Positions 7,384-19,000 of a DNA stretch of 58,222 bases are shown piece after piece (positions within the stretch are counted from its first letter, which is position 1; each line of letters begins with the position of its first letter). The notes beneath the pieces are model-generated. The model ran no database searches. It saw only the letters and a program-made list of their open reading frames with translations, and was not told the origin of the DNA. Source of the DNA: an uncultured bacterium (lineage in GTDB: Bacteria > B130-G9); the NCBI GenBank assembly GCA_965372715.1, contig CBDVDH010000018.1, forward strand, positions 1 to 58,222. The letters are read 5' to 3'. The position numbers were made by a program, and so were the translations under genes.

Positions 7384-10300
7384 ATGCGAGGACGTATTTT
7401 TGTTCTTGTCGCTGTGCTTTCTACGTTGTGCGTTTTGGCCGCGGAGTCGGCAGAATGGGTAAACTACTCTGAAACGTGTGATGTCCGCCACATTGCGGTC
7501 CAGGGCAACAAGGTGTGGGTCGGGACAACGAATGGCAATGGCGCCGCATCGGTTGATTCGAGCGGCAACGTGGCCTTCTATATTCCATCCGATGGTCTGG
7601 CCGCTGAAGACATAACTGCGCTGGCGTGCGACAGCCTTTCTGTCTGGTTTGGGACGGATACGGGCGTCACCATGTTCAATGGTGAGCGGTTTGAGACCTA
7701 CAACAAAGACAACAGCGGGCTTCTCACCGACAACATCCGGGCGATTGCCATCGATCCGCGCACGCTCGACAAATACATCGGCACGGAGATCGGCGTCTCC
7801 GTTTACGATGGGGTCAACTGGGAATCCTACACACCTTACAACAGCGATCTCGCCTCGCCCTACGTTTCTTCGGTCTTCGTTGATGGCGACACCGACGAGC
7901 TCTTCGTCGGAACCGACCTCGGCGTCAGCGTTATGAACATAACCGACGAGACCTGGTATCAATACAGAATTGAGCATGGGCTGGTCGCCAACAGAGTATC
8001 CAGCATCACGAAGGATACTGAGGGCAATTACTGGTTTGGAACCTACCAGGGCGCAAGTCGCTTCGACGGCGCCGATTGGCATTCCTACACCGCGACGAAT
8101 GGGCGCCTGAGCTCCGACTACGTTACCGACATCGTAGCTTCTCCGGCCGGATACGTGTGGGTCTCGACGGACAGGGGCCTGAATCGAATACGTGGCTCTG
8201 AGACCGTGGTGTTTGACGTAGCGTCCTATGGCGCCGACGGCTTAATCACCGATGTGAGTTACGCTCTCGGTTGCGACGGTTCTGGCAATCTCTGGATCGG
8301 CACCGCTCGAGGTCTTTTGGTCTTCGACGGCGAGAAGTTTGAGACCTATCTTGGAGACGGGCTCCGGAGCAACTTCATAACAAGCATCGCGACGCAGGGC
8401 AGGTCGGCCTACTGGTTCGGTACCGAGAACTCTGGCGTCAATAGGCTCGACGCCACGGGAATGGACGGTTACTACAACCTCGTCTCCGATGCTATCTCTG
8501 ACATCACCTCTCACTTCGAGGCTGGCAGATGGTATGAGTGGTTTGGCGGCGAGGACGGATTAACCATCTTTGATGGCACAAACTGGTGGGACCCCGGCCT
8601 TGCCATGGCGGTTTACAGAATGGCCGTTGAGTTCGTTGACCCTGATCCGGAGGTTGTGGATGACGAATACTGGAACAAATGGATATGCACTCAAGGGCAG
8701 GGGGTATTCCTAACAGCGACGACCATGCCGGGACTACTTGGCAACTACACGGTCGGCAACAGCGGCCTCTCGTCGGACACGGTCAACGCGGTCGCGATAG
8801 ATGATGACCATGCGAAGTGGTTTGGGACCTTAATGGGCGTCAGCATTCTCAGCCCTGATGATACTTGGTCGGGCATAACGATGCTGGACGGGCTGCCCAG
8901 TAACAACGTCTCCGCGATAGATTTCGCGGACGACGGCGTCTGGTTCGGGACTGATATGGGCGTCGCGGTCCGGAGGAGCGGCTTATGGACGACGTATCAG
9001 CACATCGGCGCGGATGAGCCGATGATCCAAGACAATTTTGCTGCGATGGTCGCTGAGGATGTGGCCGGAACCTGCGTTCGCTGGTTTGGCGGCCCAGGCG
9101 GTCTGTTGGCCTACGACGGCGCCGATTGGTCGATATACAAGGAATCCAACTCTGCTCTTCTCTCCAACGACGTTAGAGACGTCGCCATAGACTCTGCCGG
9201 AACCAAGTGGGTCTGCACGGCCGGCGGCATCGCAAGCATCGACTCAAGCAGCAATTTCTGGGTGACCCAGTCAACCATCGTCGGGTTGTTGTCTGACGAC
9301 GTTCGGGCTGTTCTTATTGGCCCGGGCGACAACAAGTGGTTCGCGACGGGCGGCGGCGTCTCGATGTTCGATGGCACGAGCTGGACGAACTTCAACGTCG
9401 ATGCCGGCCTCTGCTCGAACGACGTCCGCTGCGCCGCTATCGACAGAGTGGGCCGTATCTGGGCCGGGACCGCCTACGGAATCTGCGTCATCGATGGCGG
9501 AGCTGTAACGCTCAGCTATAACACCGGCAATTCGGACATCATAAGCGACGACGTCAGGGCGATCGTTATCGACCGGAATGGCATCAAGTGGCTCGCGACC
9601 GATGCCGGCGTCTGCAAGTTCGATGGTCATTCGTGGCGGACCTACAATTCTGCCTCGACTCCTTCGGGGCTGCCCTCGGACGACGTTCTTGACCTTTACA
9701 TTGATACTGATTTCAATCTCTGGGCGTGCACCACGCTTGGGGTCGCTAAGTATGACTATGCCGAATGGCGTGTTTTTGGGCTGGACTTCGGGCCGCTCGG
9801 CTATCAGATCAGCTTTGTCGGCGAGGATTGCCTCGAGGATGTCTTCTGGTTCGGCACGCAATACGGCCTCGTCAAGTTTGAATCGGGTAATTGGCATCTT
9901 TATTCCGGTGTTGGCCTTGGTTCCAATACCGTGCACGACCTGAAGGTCGATTCGGCCGGGAAGGTCTGGGTCGCCACCAATTGGGGTGTGTCGGTGTTTG
10001 ACGATGGCCTTTGGATGACTTATAACCGCGCAACTGGCGGTCCTGCGCACGACGTCGTCAACCGCGTAACGGTCGATTCGGACGACAACAAATGGTTTGC
10101 TACAGCAGGTGGCGGCGCTAGCCTCTATCTCGAGAATCACGATCCTGGCCTCTCGGACCCCGAATTGACGCCCAAATCCGGTCTTCCGGCGCTTCCGAAG
10201 CTCGAGGGCTCCGGCACCGAGTTCGATTACTCGGTCTATTACTTCGATCCGGACGTTGATTTCGCTCCCCTGGGATACTCCACAGAAGCCTATGTACATA

Positions 10301-12945
10301 TAGATGGCATTCCTTATGACATGTCCCTTGCGTCCGGCGCCGGCTATAACGGACGGTATTCCTTCTCGATCGTGGACCTTCCTGAAGGACGGCACACGTA
10401 TTACTTCTACTTCGTGAAGGAGTCGGGCAACATTGTGAAGCTTCCCGAATCGGGTGTTTTCTCGGGGCCCGTCGTCGATGGCTCGCCGCCGGCGTCGGCT
10501 GCCTACGCGGATGAATCGATGCTACCTTACACGAGGTACACCCCGCTTTTGATTCACTACTCCGCCGAGGATATAGAAAGCGGCATCTCCTCTGTGGCGC
10601 TTTACGTGAGGCAGACTGGCGAGGATTGGTCAAATACTGGCCTGACATCAACCAAGCCCTATGGTGTCTTCAACTATTCGACCTATTCTTCTGCAACGTA
10701 TGAATTCTGCTCGATCGCAACGAATCACTCGGGCCTTGTGGAGCAGCTTCCGGACGAGGCGGACTGCACTGTTGTCTATGACCGACTGGCGCCGAGCTCC
10801 TCGATAACCGCATCCTCGGGCAGAGCGTATAGCATGCCGGTGATGAGGCTGCCGTATGGCGCAAACGATGCCGAGAGCGGCGTTGACTATGTCGAGCTTT
10901 GGCACATGCACGAGGACGACCTCGACTTCGGGCGGTTCCCCGTAGCGACGCTCCAAGGCGAAAGTGGGCTGTTTATATACACTGCTGAAAAGGAAGGGTG
11001 GCATCTGTTTTATACGATAGCGGTTGACAAGGCTGGGAATCGCGAGGCCACGCCTCCGTCCTATTACCACTTCCGGATTTCCTACGACGGCACGCCGCCC
11101 GAATCGAGCTGCTCGACGATCGAGTTTGTGCGCACTTACTTCGATGTCAACTTCACCGCTAATGATGCGCAAAGCCGCGTGAGGAGCGTTGATCTGTATT
11201 ACAGATTCGACAGCGGCGCGCTTGTCCATTACGATACGGTCTATTACGGGAATGAGGGCGCCTTCCATTTCATTGCCCCGCAGGACGGGGTTTATGAGTT
11301 CTACACGCAAGCGATCGACTGGGCCGGCAACTACGAAGAGCTGCCGGCGGTTGCGGATGCGAGGTGCACTTCTGACATCACGCCTCCAACAGCGACCGCG
11401 ACCCTCCCTGAAGCGACGAATCAGCGAACTGTCAGGGTCCCATACAGTGCGTCCGATGAGACCTCTGGTGTCGCGGAAGTAAAGCTTTGGCTCAAATACA
11501 AGACTAGCGAATGGCTTGAAACCCCACTTTCATCCGAATACCGTGAGGGTGAGTTCCGGTTCCCATTCCTCCAGGGCGAGGGGCAATACCGCATCGCGAT
11601 GGTGGCGGAGGACCGCGCAGGTAACCTCACGCCGCTTACAGAGGATTCGGGTAGTGTGGTCCATTATGAGACTGTTTCTCCCCAATCCTATTCTTGGTGC
11701 GAATCCACTGGGGAGTCCGCGCCATTCATGGTTGAGTTCTCATCGACCGACGAGGGAAGCGGGCTTGATACCGTTCTTCTCTACTATCGCTACGAGGGCC
11801 GGCTGGATTGGACACTGGCTGATGGTGTTTACTTAGGAACCCCTATGGGCGGTTCGTTCTTGTTCTTCCCGGTGGAGGGAGGCGGATACTATGAGTTCTA
11901 CACGCTTGCCGTTGACAAGGCGGGCAATATGGAGCTCCCGCCGGCGCATGCGGACTGTTCCGCGGTCATTGACCTTGCGCCTCCTACGTCAACTGCCGCT
12001 GCGCCTGTCTCTGTTATGCTGGAGCCCTTCTACGTTGATTTCCAGGCGGAGGATGACGCGTCCGGCGTGATGTGTGTTGAGTTGTGGTATGCCTATCAGG
12101 ACGGGGGCTACGCCAGATTCGATACGGTCTGGGGCAGCGAGGCGGGCAGCTTCGAGTTCATGCCGGAAGAGGGAGCGGGCCTTTATTCGTTCTACTCTGT
12201 GGCAACCGACAGAGTGGGCAGGAAAGAGGCGGTTCCAGCGGCGGCGGATGCTGTTACGGATTACAATCCGGCTGGCCCCGCTTTGTCGCTCTCTGAGGAC
12301 GAGCACGATTTCGGCATGGTGCTGGTCAATGAGAGAGGCACCTGGACTGTGCGCGTCCTGAACACGGGCGACGCGCTCGTTACGGTCGAGAGTGTTGCCA
12401 CATCGACTGCGAGGTTTGAGGCCGATTTCAGGGCGCCGACCTCGATAGAGCCTGGGGGATACATTGACGTCGCGATTACATTTGCGCCGAACATGCCTGC
12501 GTTTTTCGAGGACAGCGTGAGGGTCGCAAGCGACGATCCAAATGCATCGGAGCTTTTTGCGCGCATTACAGGTCAGGGCGTGAACGAGCTGCCGCCGACA
12601 ATCAGGCTGACGAGCACTGCATCGAACGTAACCCAAGATGACCGTCTGATAGTTTCTGCACGGTTGTCGAATCCGGGCGCCGACATAACAGTTGATGTGT
12701 ATGTCGCGACTAAGCTGCCCGGTTCGGACACGCTCTACTTCTACCCAAGTTGGGCCTCGTCGCCGCGGGCGACCACTCTAACCCTGACGGAGGGGTCCGA
12801 GTTTGGCCCCGCTCCACTTCTCGACATCTCTGTTGGCGAGGGCATCGAGAAGGGCGAGTACGTAGTGTTTGGTGCTGTGGTCGCTGTTGGCACTCAATTC
12901 GAGATTCTTTCAGATATCTCCACTTTGAACATAATCGTTGAGTAG
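7384..12945 (+). CDS. Giant secreted repeat protein 1 (~1853 aa): propeller repeats, 6 Ig-like repeats, 1 ASH-like domain, shared C-terminal domain
   Basis: ATG 7384 with AGGAG RBS; signal peptide MRGRIFVLVAVLSTLCVLAAESA; many GL.SN.V..I..D..G..WFGT..GV propeller blades; repeated SGV..V.L.Y...YEF.T.A.D.AGN.E units. Confidence 0.88.
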   Translation: MRGRIFVLVAVLSTLCVLAAESAEWVNYSETCDVRHIAVQGNKVWVGTTNGNGAASVDSSGNVAFYIPSDGLAAEDITALACDSLSVWFGTDTGVTMFNGERFETYNKDNSGLLTDNIRAIAIDPRTLDKYIGTEIGVSVYDGVNWESYTPYNSDLASPYVSSVFVDGDTDELFVGTDLGVSVMNITDETWYQYRIEHGLVANRVSSITKDTEGNYWFGTYQGASRFDGADWHSYTATNGRLSSDYVTDIVASPAGYVWVSTDRGLNRIRGSETVVFDVASYGADGLITDVSYALGCDGSGNLWIGTARGLLVFDGEKFETYLGDGLRSNFITSIATQGRSAYWFGTENSGVNRLDATGMDGYYNLVSDAISDITSHFEAGRWYEWFGGEDGLTIFDGTNWWDPGLAMAVYRMAVEFVDPDPEVVDDEYWNKWICTQGQGVFLTATTMPGLLGNYTVGNSGLSSDTVNAVAIDDDHAKWFGTLMGVSILSPDDTWSGITMLDGLPSNNVSAIDFADDGVWFGTDMGVAVRRSGLWTTYQHIGADEPMIQDNFAAMVAEDVAGTCVRWFGGPGGLLAYDGADWSIYKESNSALLSNDVRDVAIDSAGTKWVCTAGGIASIDSSSNFWVTQSTIVGLLSDDVRAVLIGPGDNKWFATGGGVSMFDGTSWTNFNVDAGLCSNDVRCAAIDRVGRIWAGTAYGICVIDGGAVTLSYNTGNSDIISDDVRAIVIDRNGIKWLATDAGVCKFDGHSWRTYNSASTPSGLPSDDVLDLYIDTDFNLWACTTLGVAKYDYAEWRVFGLDFGPLGYQISFVGEDCLEDVFWFGTQYGLVKFESGNWHLYSGVGLGSNTVHDLKVDSAGKVWVATNWGVSVFDDGLWMTYNRATGGPAHDVVNRVTVDSDDNKWFATAGGGASLYLENHDPGLSDPELTPKSGLPALPKLEGSGTEFDYSVYYFDPDVDFAPLGYSTEAYVHIDGIPYDMSLASGAGYNGRYSFSIVDLPEGRHTYYFYFVKESGNIVKLPESGVFSGPVVDGSPPASAAYADESMLPYTRYTPLLIHYSAEDIESGISSVALYVRQTGEDWSNTGLTSTKPYGVFNYSTYSSATYEFCSIATNHSGLVEQLPDEADCTVVYDRLAPSSSITASSGRAYSMPVMRLPYGANDAESGVDYVELWHMHEDDLDFGRFPVATLQGESGLFIYTAEKEGWHLFYTIAVDKAGNREATPPSYYHFRISYDGTPPESSCSTIEFVRTYFDVNFTANDAQSRVRSVDLYYRFDSGALVHYDTVYYGNEGAFHFIAPQDGVYEFYTQAIDWAGNYEELPAVADARCTSDITPPTATATLPEATNQRTVRVPYSASDETSGVAEVKLWLKYKTSEWLETPLSSEYREGEFRFPFLQGEGQYRIAMVAEDRAGNLTPLTEDSGSVVHYETVSPQSYSWCESTGESAPFMVEFSSTDEGSGLDTVLLYYRYEGRLDWTLADGVYLGTPMGGSFLFFPVEGGGYYEFYTLAVDKAGNMELPPAHADCSAVIDLAPPTSTAAAPVSVMLEPFYVDFQAEDDASGVMCVELWYAYQDGGYARFDTVWGSEAGSFEFMPEEGAGLYSFYSVATDRVGRKEAVPAAADAVTDYNPAGPALSLSEDEHDFGMVLVNERGTWTVRVLNTGDALVTVESVATSTARFEADFRAPTSIEPGGYIDVAITFAPNMPAFFEDSVRVASDDPNASELFARITGQGVNELPPTIRLTSTASNVTQDDRLIVSARLSNPGADITVDVYVATKLPGSDTLYFYPSWASSPRATTLTLTEGSEFGPAPLLDISVGEGIEKGEYVVFGAVVAVGTQFEILSDISTLNIIVE

Positions 12946-13000
12946 AACGACAATTCGATAGCAATTATGTCTTAACCAAATCAGCGTTGGAGGATTTGTA

Positions 13001-16000
13001 ATGCGAGATAGGCTAGTTGTATTGCTCATGCTGCTGTTTTGCCTCGGGGGTTCGGCGGCCCTGGGCCAGGAATGGTATGTCCGCGTCAACAGCGATGACA
13101 TCAACGCCGTCTCCGGCGAGAGCGACTCCCTTTGGGCTGTGACCAACGGCGGGGGGACTCTCCTTTGGGACATGGACTCCATGGAGCTTGACAAGTTTGT
13201 CACATCTCAGCCCGATCTTTATTCGGATGAGGAAGATATTGGCGCCACTGTGCGCGTCTGGATCAGAGATGACCTCCTGACCAACTCGTTCACATCGGTC
13301 GCCGTTGGGCCTTCAAACACTGTGTGGCTGGGTTGCAGCGAAGGCATCAACGTAGCTGACATTTCATCGGGCAACGCGTGGGAGTTCACCTTCACAACAT
13401 ACACGGTCGCCAACTCGCCGCTTCCCTCCAACCTGATTACTGTGGTCGAGGCGCGTCCTGGCACAGAGGAGGTCTGGATCGGGACACAGGACGCTGGGCT
13501 CGCAATTTACGACGTAGCGGCGGGCACTTGGGACCTTTACGATGTGTCCGCCGGGCTCGCATCGAACAGGATAAACTGCATCTACTTTGACGAGCACGAG
13601 CGGGCATGGATCGGAACCGACTCCGGGGTAACGCAGATCAATATGAACTTCGACCCGTGGGCGTATTTGACGTACACAACGACCGACGGCCTGCCGTCCG
13701 ATTTCGTGACGGGCGTGGTCGAGGTCCCGTGTTGCTGGGTGTGGTTTGCGACCAACAACGGCGCGGCCCGTGTTGACCTGAACGACAACTGGGATACCTA
13801 CGGCACGTGGACCGACGGCAACTTCGTCTCGAACGACCTGCGCGGGATCGCCCCGGTCGATAGCGAGCTCTGGATGTGGACCGAGCTCGGGATTATTGTT
13901 CACGATCTTGGCACCGAGGCCTGGTCCTGCTTCACGACTGACAACACCGGCGGCGACCTTTGCTCCGATGACGTCCGGGATGTCTTCGATACCGGCAACT
14001 ATCTCATCGCCGGAACTCAGGGCGGCCTGTGCGAATACGACGGCGATTGGGATTGTTTCTGGGAGGAACACCTCGCCTCAAACGACCTGCGTGCAATCGC
14101 CTGCCAGGACGGCCAGGTGTGGTTCGGAACGTACGGCGACGGGGCGAATCTCCTCTCAGACTGGGATGCCAATAATGACGAGCCTGGGACGTGGGAGACG
14201 TTTTCTTATGCCCCAAGCGACGCGATCGCATCCAATTATATAAATGATATAGCGCTAGACAACCGGCTCGACGAGAACGGTGTCTGGTTCGCAACCAACC
14301 TGGGGGTGAGCTACTTCGCCTATCCGTCGTTGTGGACCACGTTCGACATCAGTAACACGTCCGGCGGGCTGCCCTCGGACCGCGTGATGGCCGTTGCGCT
14401 CGACCCCAGGGGTTATGATGGCGGTGTGGCAAGGACCTGGTTCGGAACCGACAACGGTCTGGCGTGCTACACGGCGGGCGCAACGACCCATTGGGACACA
14501 TTTACAACGGCGAATAGCGGCCTTCCCTCCAATTACGTAACATGTCTCGCGGGCGAGGTCCGAGGCGACGACTACTACCTCTGGATTGGGACCAACTGGG
14601 GCGTTGCGGTTCTTGACGTCGTGAACGACTCCTGGACGGTCTATGACAAGAGCAACAGCGACATCCTTTCTGAGAACGTCCGCTGCCTTCTGGTCGATAG
14701 CGACGGGTCGATCTGGATAGGAACCACCAACGGCATCAGTATCCTCGATCTGCCCAACACGTGGACATCGATCAGGACGAGCACCCCGGGCTCGGGCCTC
14801 GGCAGCAACGCCATCAACGCGATGATCCAGGGCTCCGGCAATCTATACTGGGTTGCTACAAGCCGGGGACTCACCAAGTTCGACAAATCGACCATGACCG
14901 GCAGCCGATACTTGCCGACCAACAGCGGGCTGATCAACGGCAATGTATATGACGTCTGCTATCAGCCGTGCGTCGGCGTTTGGGCGGCAACCAGAGGAGG
15001 CGCCTCGGCGCTGAGGCAGGGGATGCCGATTCTTTCCGACGAGTCGGTTGAGCCGCCGGTGGGCGGCCCGCTTGATGACTATACGTTCAGCGTTCATTTT
15101 GAGGATTTTGACGGATTTGCGCCGTCGTCGGCGACCTTGACCGTTGGCGCGACGGCATACACGATGACACTGGCGTCCGGCACGGCGGACAATGGCTATT
15201 ATGCTACCACTGTGAGCCTTGCGCCCGGGCACTGGACATTCTTCTTTGAGTTTGTGGACAGCGACGGCTGTCAGGTTCGCCATCCCACGGGCAGCGATGT
15301 GTTCGATGGGCCTGACATTTACGATGCGTTCGAGCCTGATGACCGTTGCTTCGATGCGCGGCTTATATGGGCGGACGGGACCGCCAGCGCCTGGCACAAC
15401 CTCATCCCGCTTGGCACGGACGAAGACTGGTTCTACTTCAGGGCCGAGGCATACATCGAATATGCCGTTACCGTGTCAGCTGCATCTGGCGCCTCCGCGG
15501 ACGTGGAGATTTATCAGGGCGATTGCGCTACTCTGGCGGGGACCGGGGACTCATCGGCGCCATTTGATTTCGTGGCCGATGCTGGCGGCTATTATTTCGT
15601 CAGGATAATCGACCAGGGCTCGTCAGCTGCGAGCGCAGGCGCATACACGCTTGCGGTTTCGGGCAACCAATGGCCGATGATGGGGCATTTCTTCACGAGA
15701 GCCGCGACGATTTCGGCCATCGCGCCCCACGCCTATTGCGACGTTCTGACATATTCGACTGGACCAACAATCGCGTCGAGCCCGGCCGTTGATCCCGCCG
15801 GCAACCTCTACTTTGGCGCGTCGTATGGACGGCTCGTATCGGTTGATCCCTTGCTGGAAGAGCGATGGGTGTTTGAGTCCGGCGACTCTGACCCGGTAAT
15901 GGTCTCGCCGGCGCTTTCGCCGGACGGTTCTGCGGTCTATTTCGGCACTCAGGATGGCTACTTCTACGCTGTGAACACAACGACGGGCATCATGGATTGG

Positions 16001-19000
16001 TTCTACGGCGCCGGTTCCGAGATATTCTCCTCACCCGTTGTGGATGCCGACGGCAACATTTACTTCGCGTGTTACGACGGTACCGTGTATTCACTCGACG
16101 CAGGCGGCGGCGACAGATGGTCAACGTCTGTCAATTGCTCTTTCCTGAACTGTTCGCCGACGCTCTCACATACAGAGATTCTCTATATCGGTTCTACCGA
16201 GGGCATATTCTATGCAATTGGGTGCGCGGACGGCGTCATAGATTGGTCTTACGACGTGAGCTATCCAATCCGCTCCACACCGTCCGTTGATGGGGACGGC
16301 AACATCTATTTCGGCGCGGATGACGGGAACCTGTATTGCCTGAATCCCGCCGGCGCGCTCAGGTGGACTTTCGAGACCCAGGGAGCGATCGAGGGCCACG
16401 GCGCCTTCGGCGCCACGGGGCGCTATTACTTCGGCTCCACCGATGGCCTATTCTATGCGCTCGACTGCACCGCGACGGAGGCGGTTGTTATCTGGTCGCG
16501 CGACGCGGGCGGCGCGGTTCACGGCCCTGCTGTCGATGGCAACGGGCGAGTCTTATATGGATCCGATGGGGGCACCCTCTATTCGTCCACGTCATTTGGT
16601 GCGTTGAGCTGGTCCCAGAACGTAGGCGCCCCGATCACCTCGTCGCTGGCAATCGGTCAGGATCACCAGTTGTTCTTCGTGGCCGGCTACAACACTGTCT
16701 ATGCTCTTCGTTGCGACAACGTGGACCCCGCTCTGACCTTCCCCGAGGTCGCTCCGATGATGGGCATGGCGGGCGATACGTTTACATATTCCGTCTATTA
16801 CACGGACGTGAACGGCGACAATCCCGCCAAACGGTATGTGGTCGTCGATGGCGAGCCGATAATTCTGGAATATCAGGCCACGACAGGTAGATACATTTAC
16901 GCCACGCAGTCCACAGTCGAGGGGTCGCCCCACACCTATTACTTCTACTTCGAGGACGGCTACGGCGGCTTCGCACGCGCTCCTAAGACAGGAGTGTTCT
17001 ACGGTCCTATCGTTGATGACGCTCCGCCCAGGTCGCGGTGTTCGAGCCCGATTGGGACCAACCAACCGATCATCGAGGTTGACTTCGTTGCGGCGGATGA
17101 TGGAAGCGGCGTTTCATCCACTAGGCTCTACTACGCGTTCAGCGCGGACGATGACGCTTGGCCCCTGATTGCCGATGCTATCAACACGGGCCTCACGCTA
17201 GTGGGCGACACGGGCACATTCATGTTCCAGCCGGGCGACGGCGCGGGTTACTATGGATTCTATACGGTTGCGACCGATAGGGCTGGTTTCGTGGAGGACC
17301 CGCCGCTCTACTATTACGACACGATAACGCTTTACGACCCAGATCCACCGGATTCACGTGTCGCGAATCTCCCCTCAGCGTTCGCAAGCACGCCGTTTGA
17401 CGTTACGTTCCAGGTGCGGGACGACTTCTCAGATGAGTTCACGATCAGACTCTATTACAGGTACGATCACGGCGACTGGGTCGATTCCGGGCTCGATACT
17501 TTCGTGATAACAGGCTTTAATCCTATGAACGGATACTGGAGCGGTAGCTTCTTGTTCGACGCTACTTATGGGCAGGGCCGCTACGAGTTCTTCACCGTCG
17601 CGACCGATGAGATGGGCAACACGCAGGATTATGACGCCGCCATGGGCCTGTCTCTATACACCTATTATGACGTTATCACGCCGGAGTCTCAGGCTAGCTG
17701 CGAGCCTTATACGAGGACGCTGCCCATGAACGCTAGGTTCACGGCGAACGACGACCTGGCTGGGGTCGAAGGACTCACGGTTTATTATCGCTATAAAGGC
17801 GAGACAGATTGGACACAGGCCAACGAGTTCGATCTCGGCGGGCCCTGGCTCTCGTATTCTGGCGCCTTCACGTTTGGGCCGGATGTCACTGGGGGCTATT
17901 ATGGTGAAGGGGAATACAGCTTCCACACAATAGCGAGAGACGCGGCCGGCAACACTGAACCAGCGCCTCAGCCGGATACGGACCCCGACTGCTCGGTAGT
18001 TTACGACGCAACAGCGCCGAGGTCCCACACCTCAGCGTCCGGGTTCCTGACCGCCGGCGATATCCCGGTTGCTTACTACGCCTCGGATAACGTTTCGGGG
18101 CTTTCCGAGGTACGGCTGTTCTATAGCTACGGGGATGGCGCGTTTGTGAGAAGCGCCTACGTAGCGTCAGGCGAGGCCGGCACGTTCGATTTCAGCCCCG
18201 CGAATGGTGACGGCGTTTATCATTTCTACACTATCGCGACCGATCTATGCGGCAACGTCGAATCGCCGCCGATTACGTTTGATTCAACCACTACCTATGA
18301 CACTCTGCCGCCGACCTCGAATAGCTACTGTTCCAGGGAGAGCTACATGGTGCCGATACTGGTTTATTACAGCGCAAGCGACATCGTGAGTCATATTGCT
18401 GAGGTCACGCTTTGGTTCAGGTTTGAGGGCGGCGAGTGGGAGGACACCGGCATGTCGATGGAGGGCGACAGCGGCATGTTCGAGTTCATGCCAATGCCAC
18501 ATTTAGGCCAAGGGCGCTACGAGTTCCAGACGATTTCGACGGACACGGCCGGACACACGGAGGCCTTCAAGGACGAGGCGGACTGCTACACAGAGCTGCT
18601 CTATGTAAAGCCGAGTTCGCGCGGCTCGTGCGATCCATACACAAACGAATCGCCGATAGAGATCAGCTACACGACCACCCCCAACGCAGCCACCATACGG
18701 CTTACCTATTTCTATCAGTATGGTGATGATTGGCTGGACGTTACGGTCGCGACGGTTGGCACCCCTTACACGTTGGAGTTTGAGCCGAAGGAGGGCGAGG
18801 GGACGTATTCGTTCAGGCTTTGGGCGAGCGACATAACTGGCGATGAGGAAGGCCTCAAAGGCGTAGATTGCAGCACTATCTATGACGTTAGCATCCCTTC
18901 GTCCACTTGCTCGAGTCCCGAGGGGACCTGGCGGCACTACGTTGACATCCAATACACGACGGACGACACGTGGAGTGGTGTGGATACAGTCGCTCTTTGG

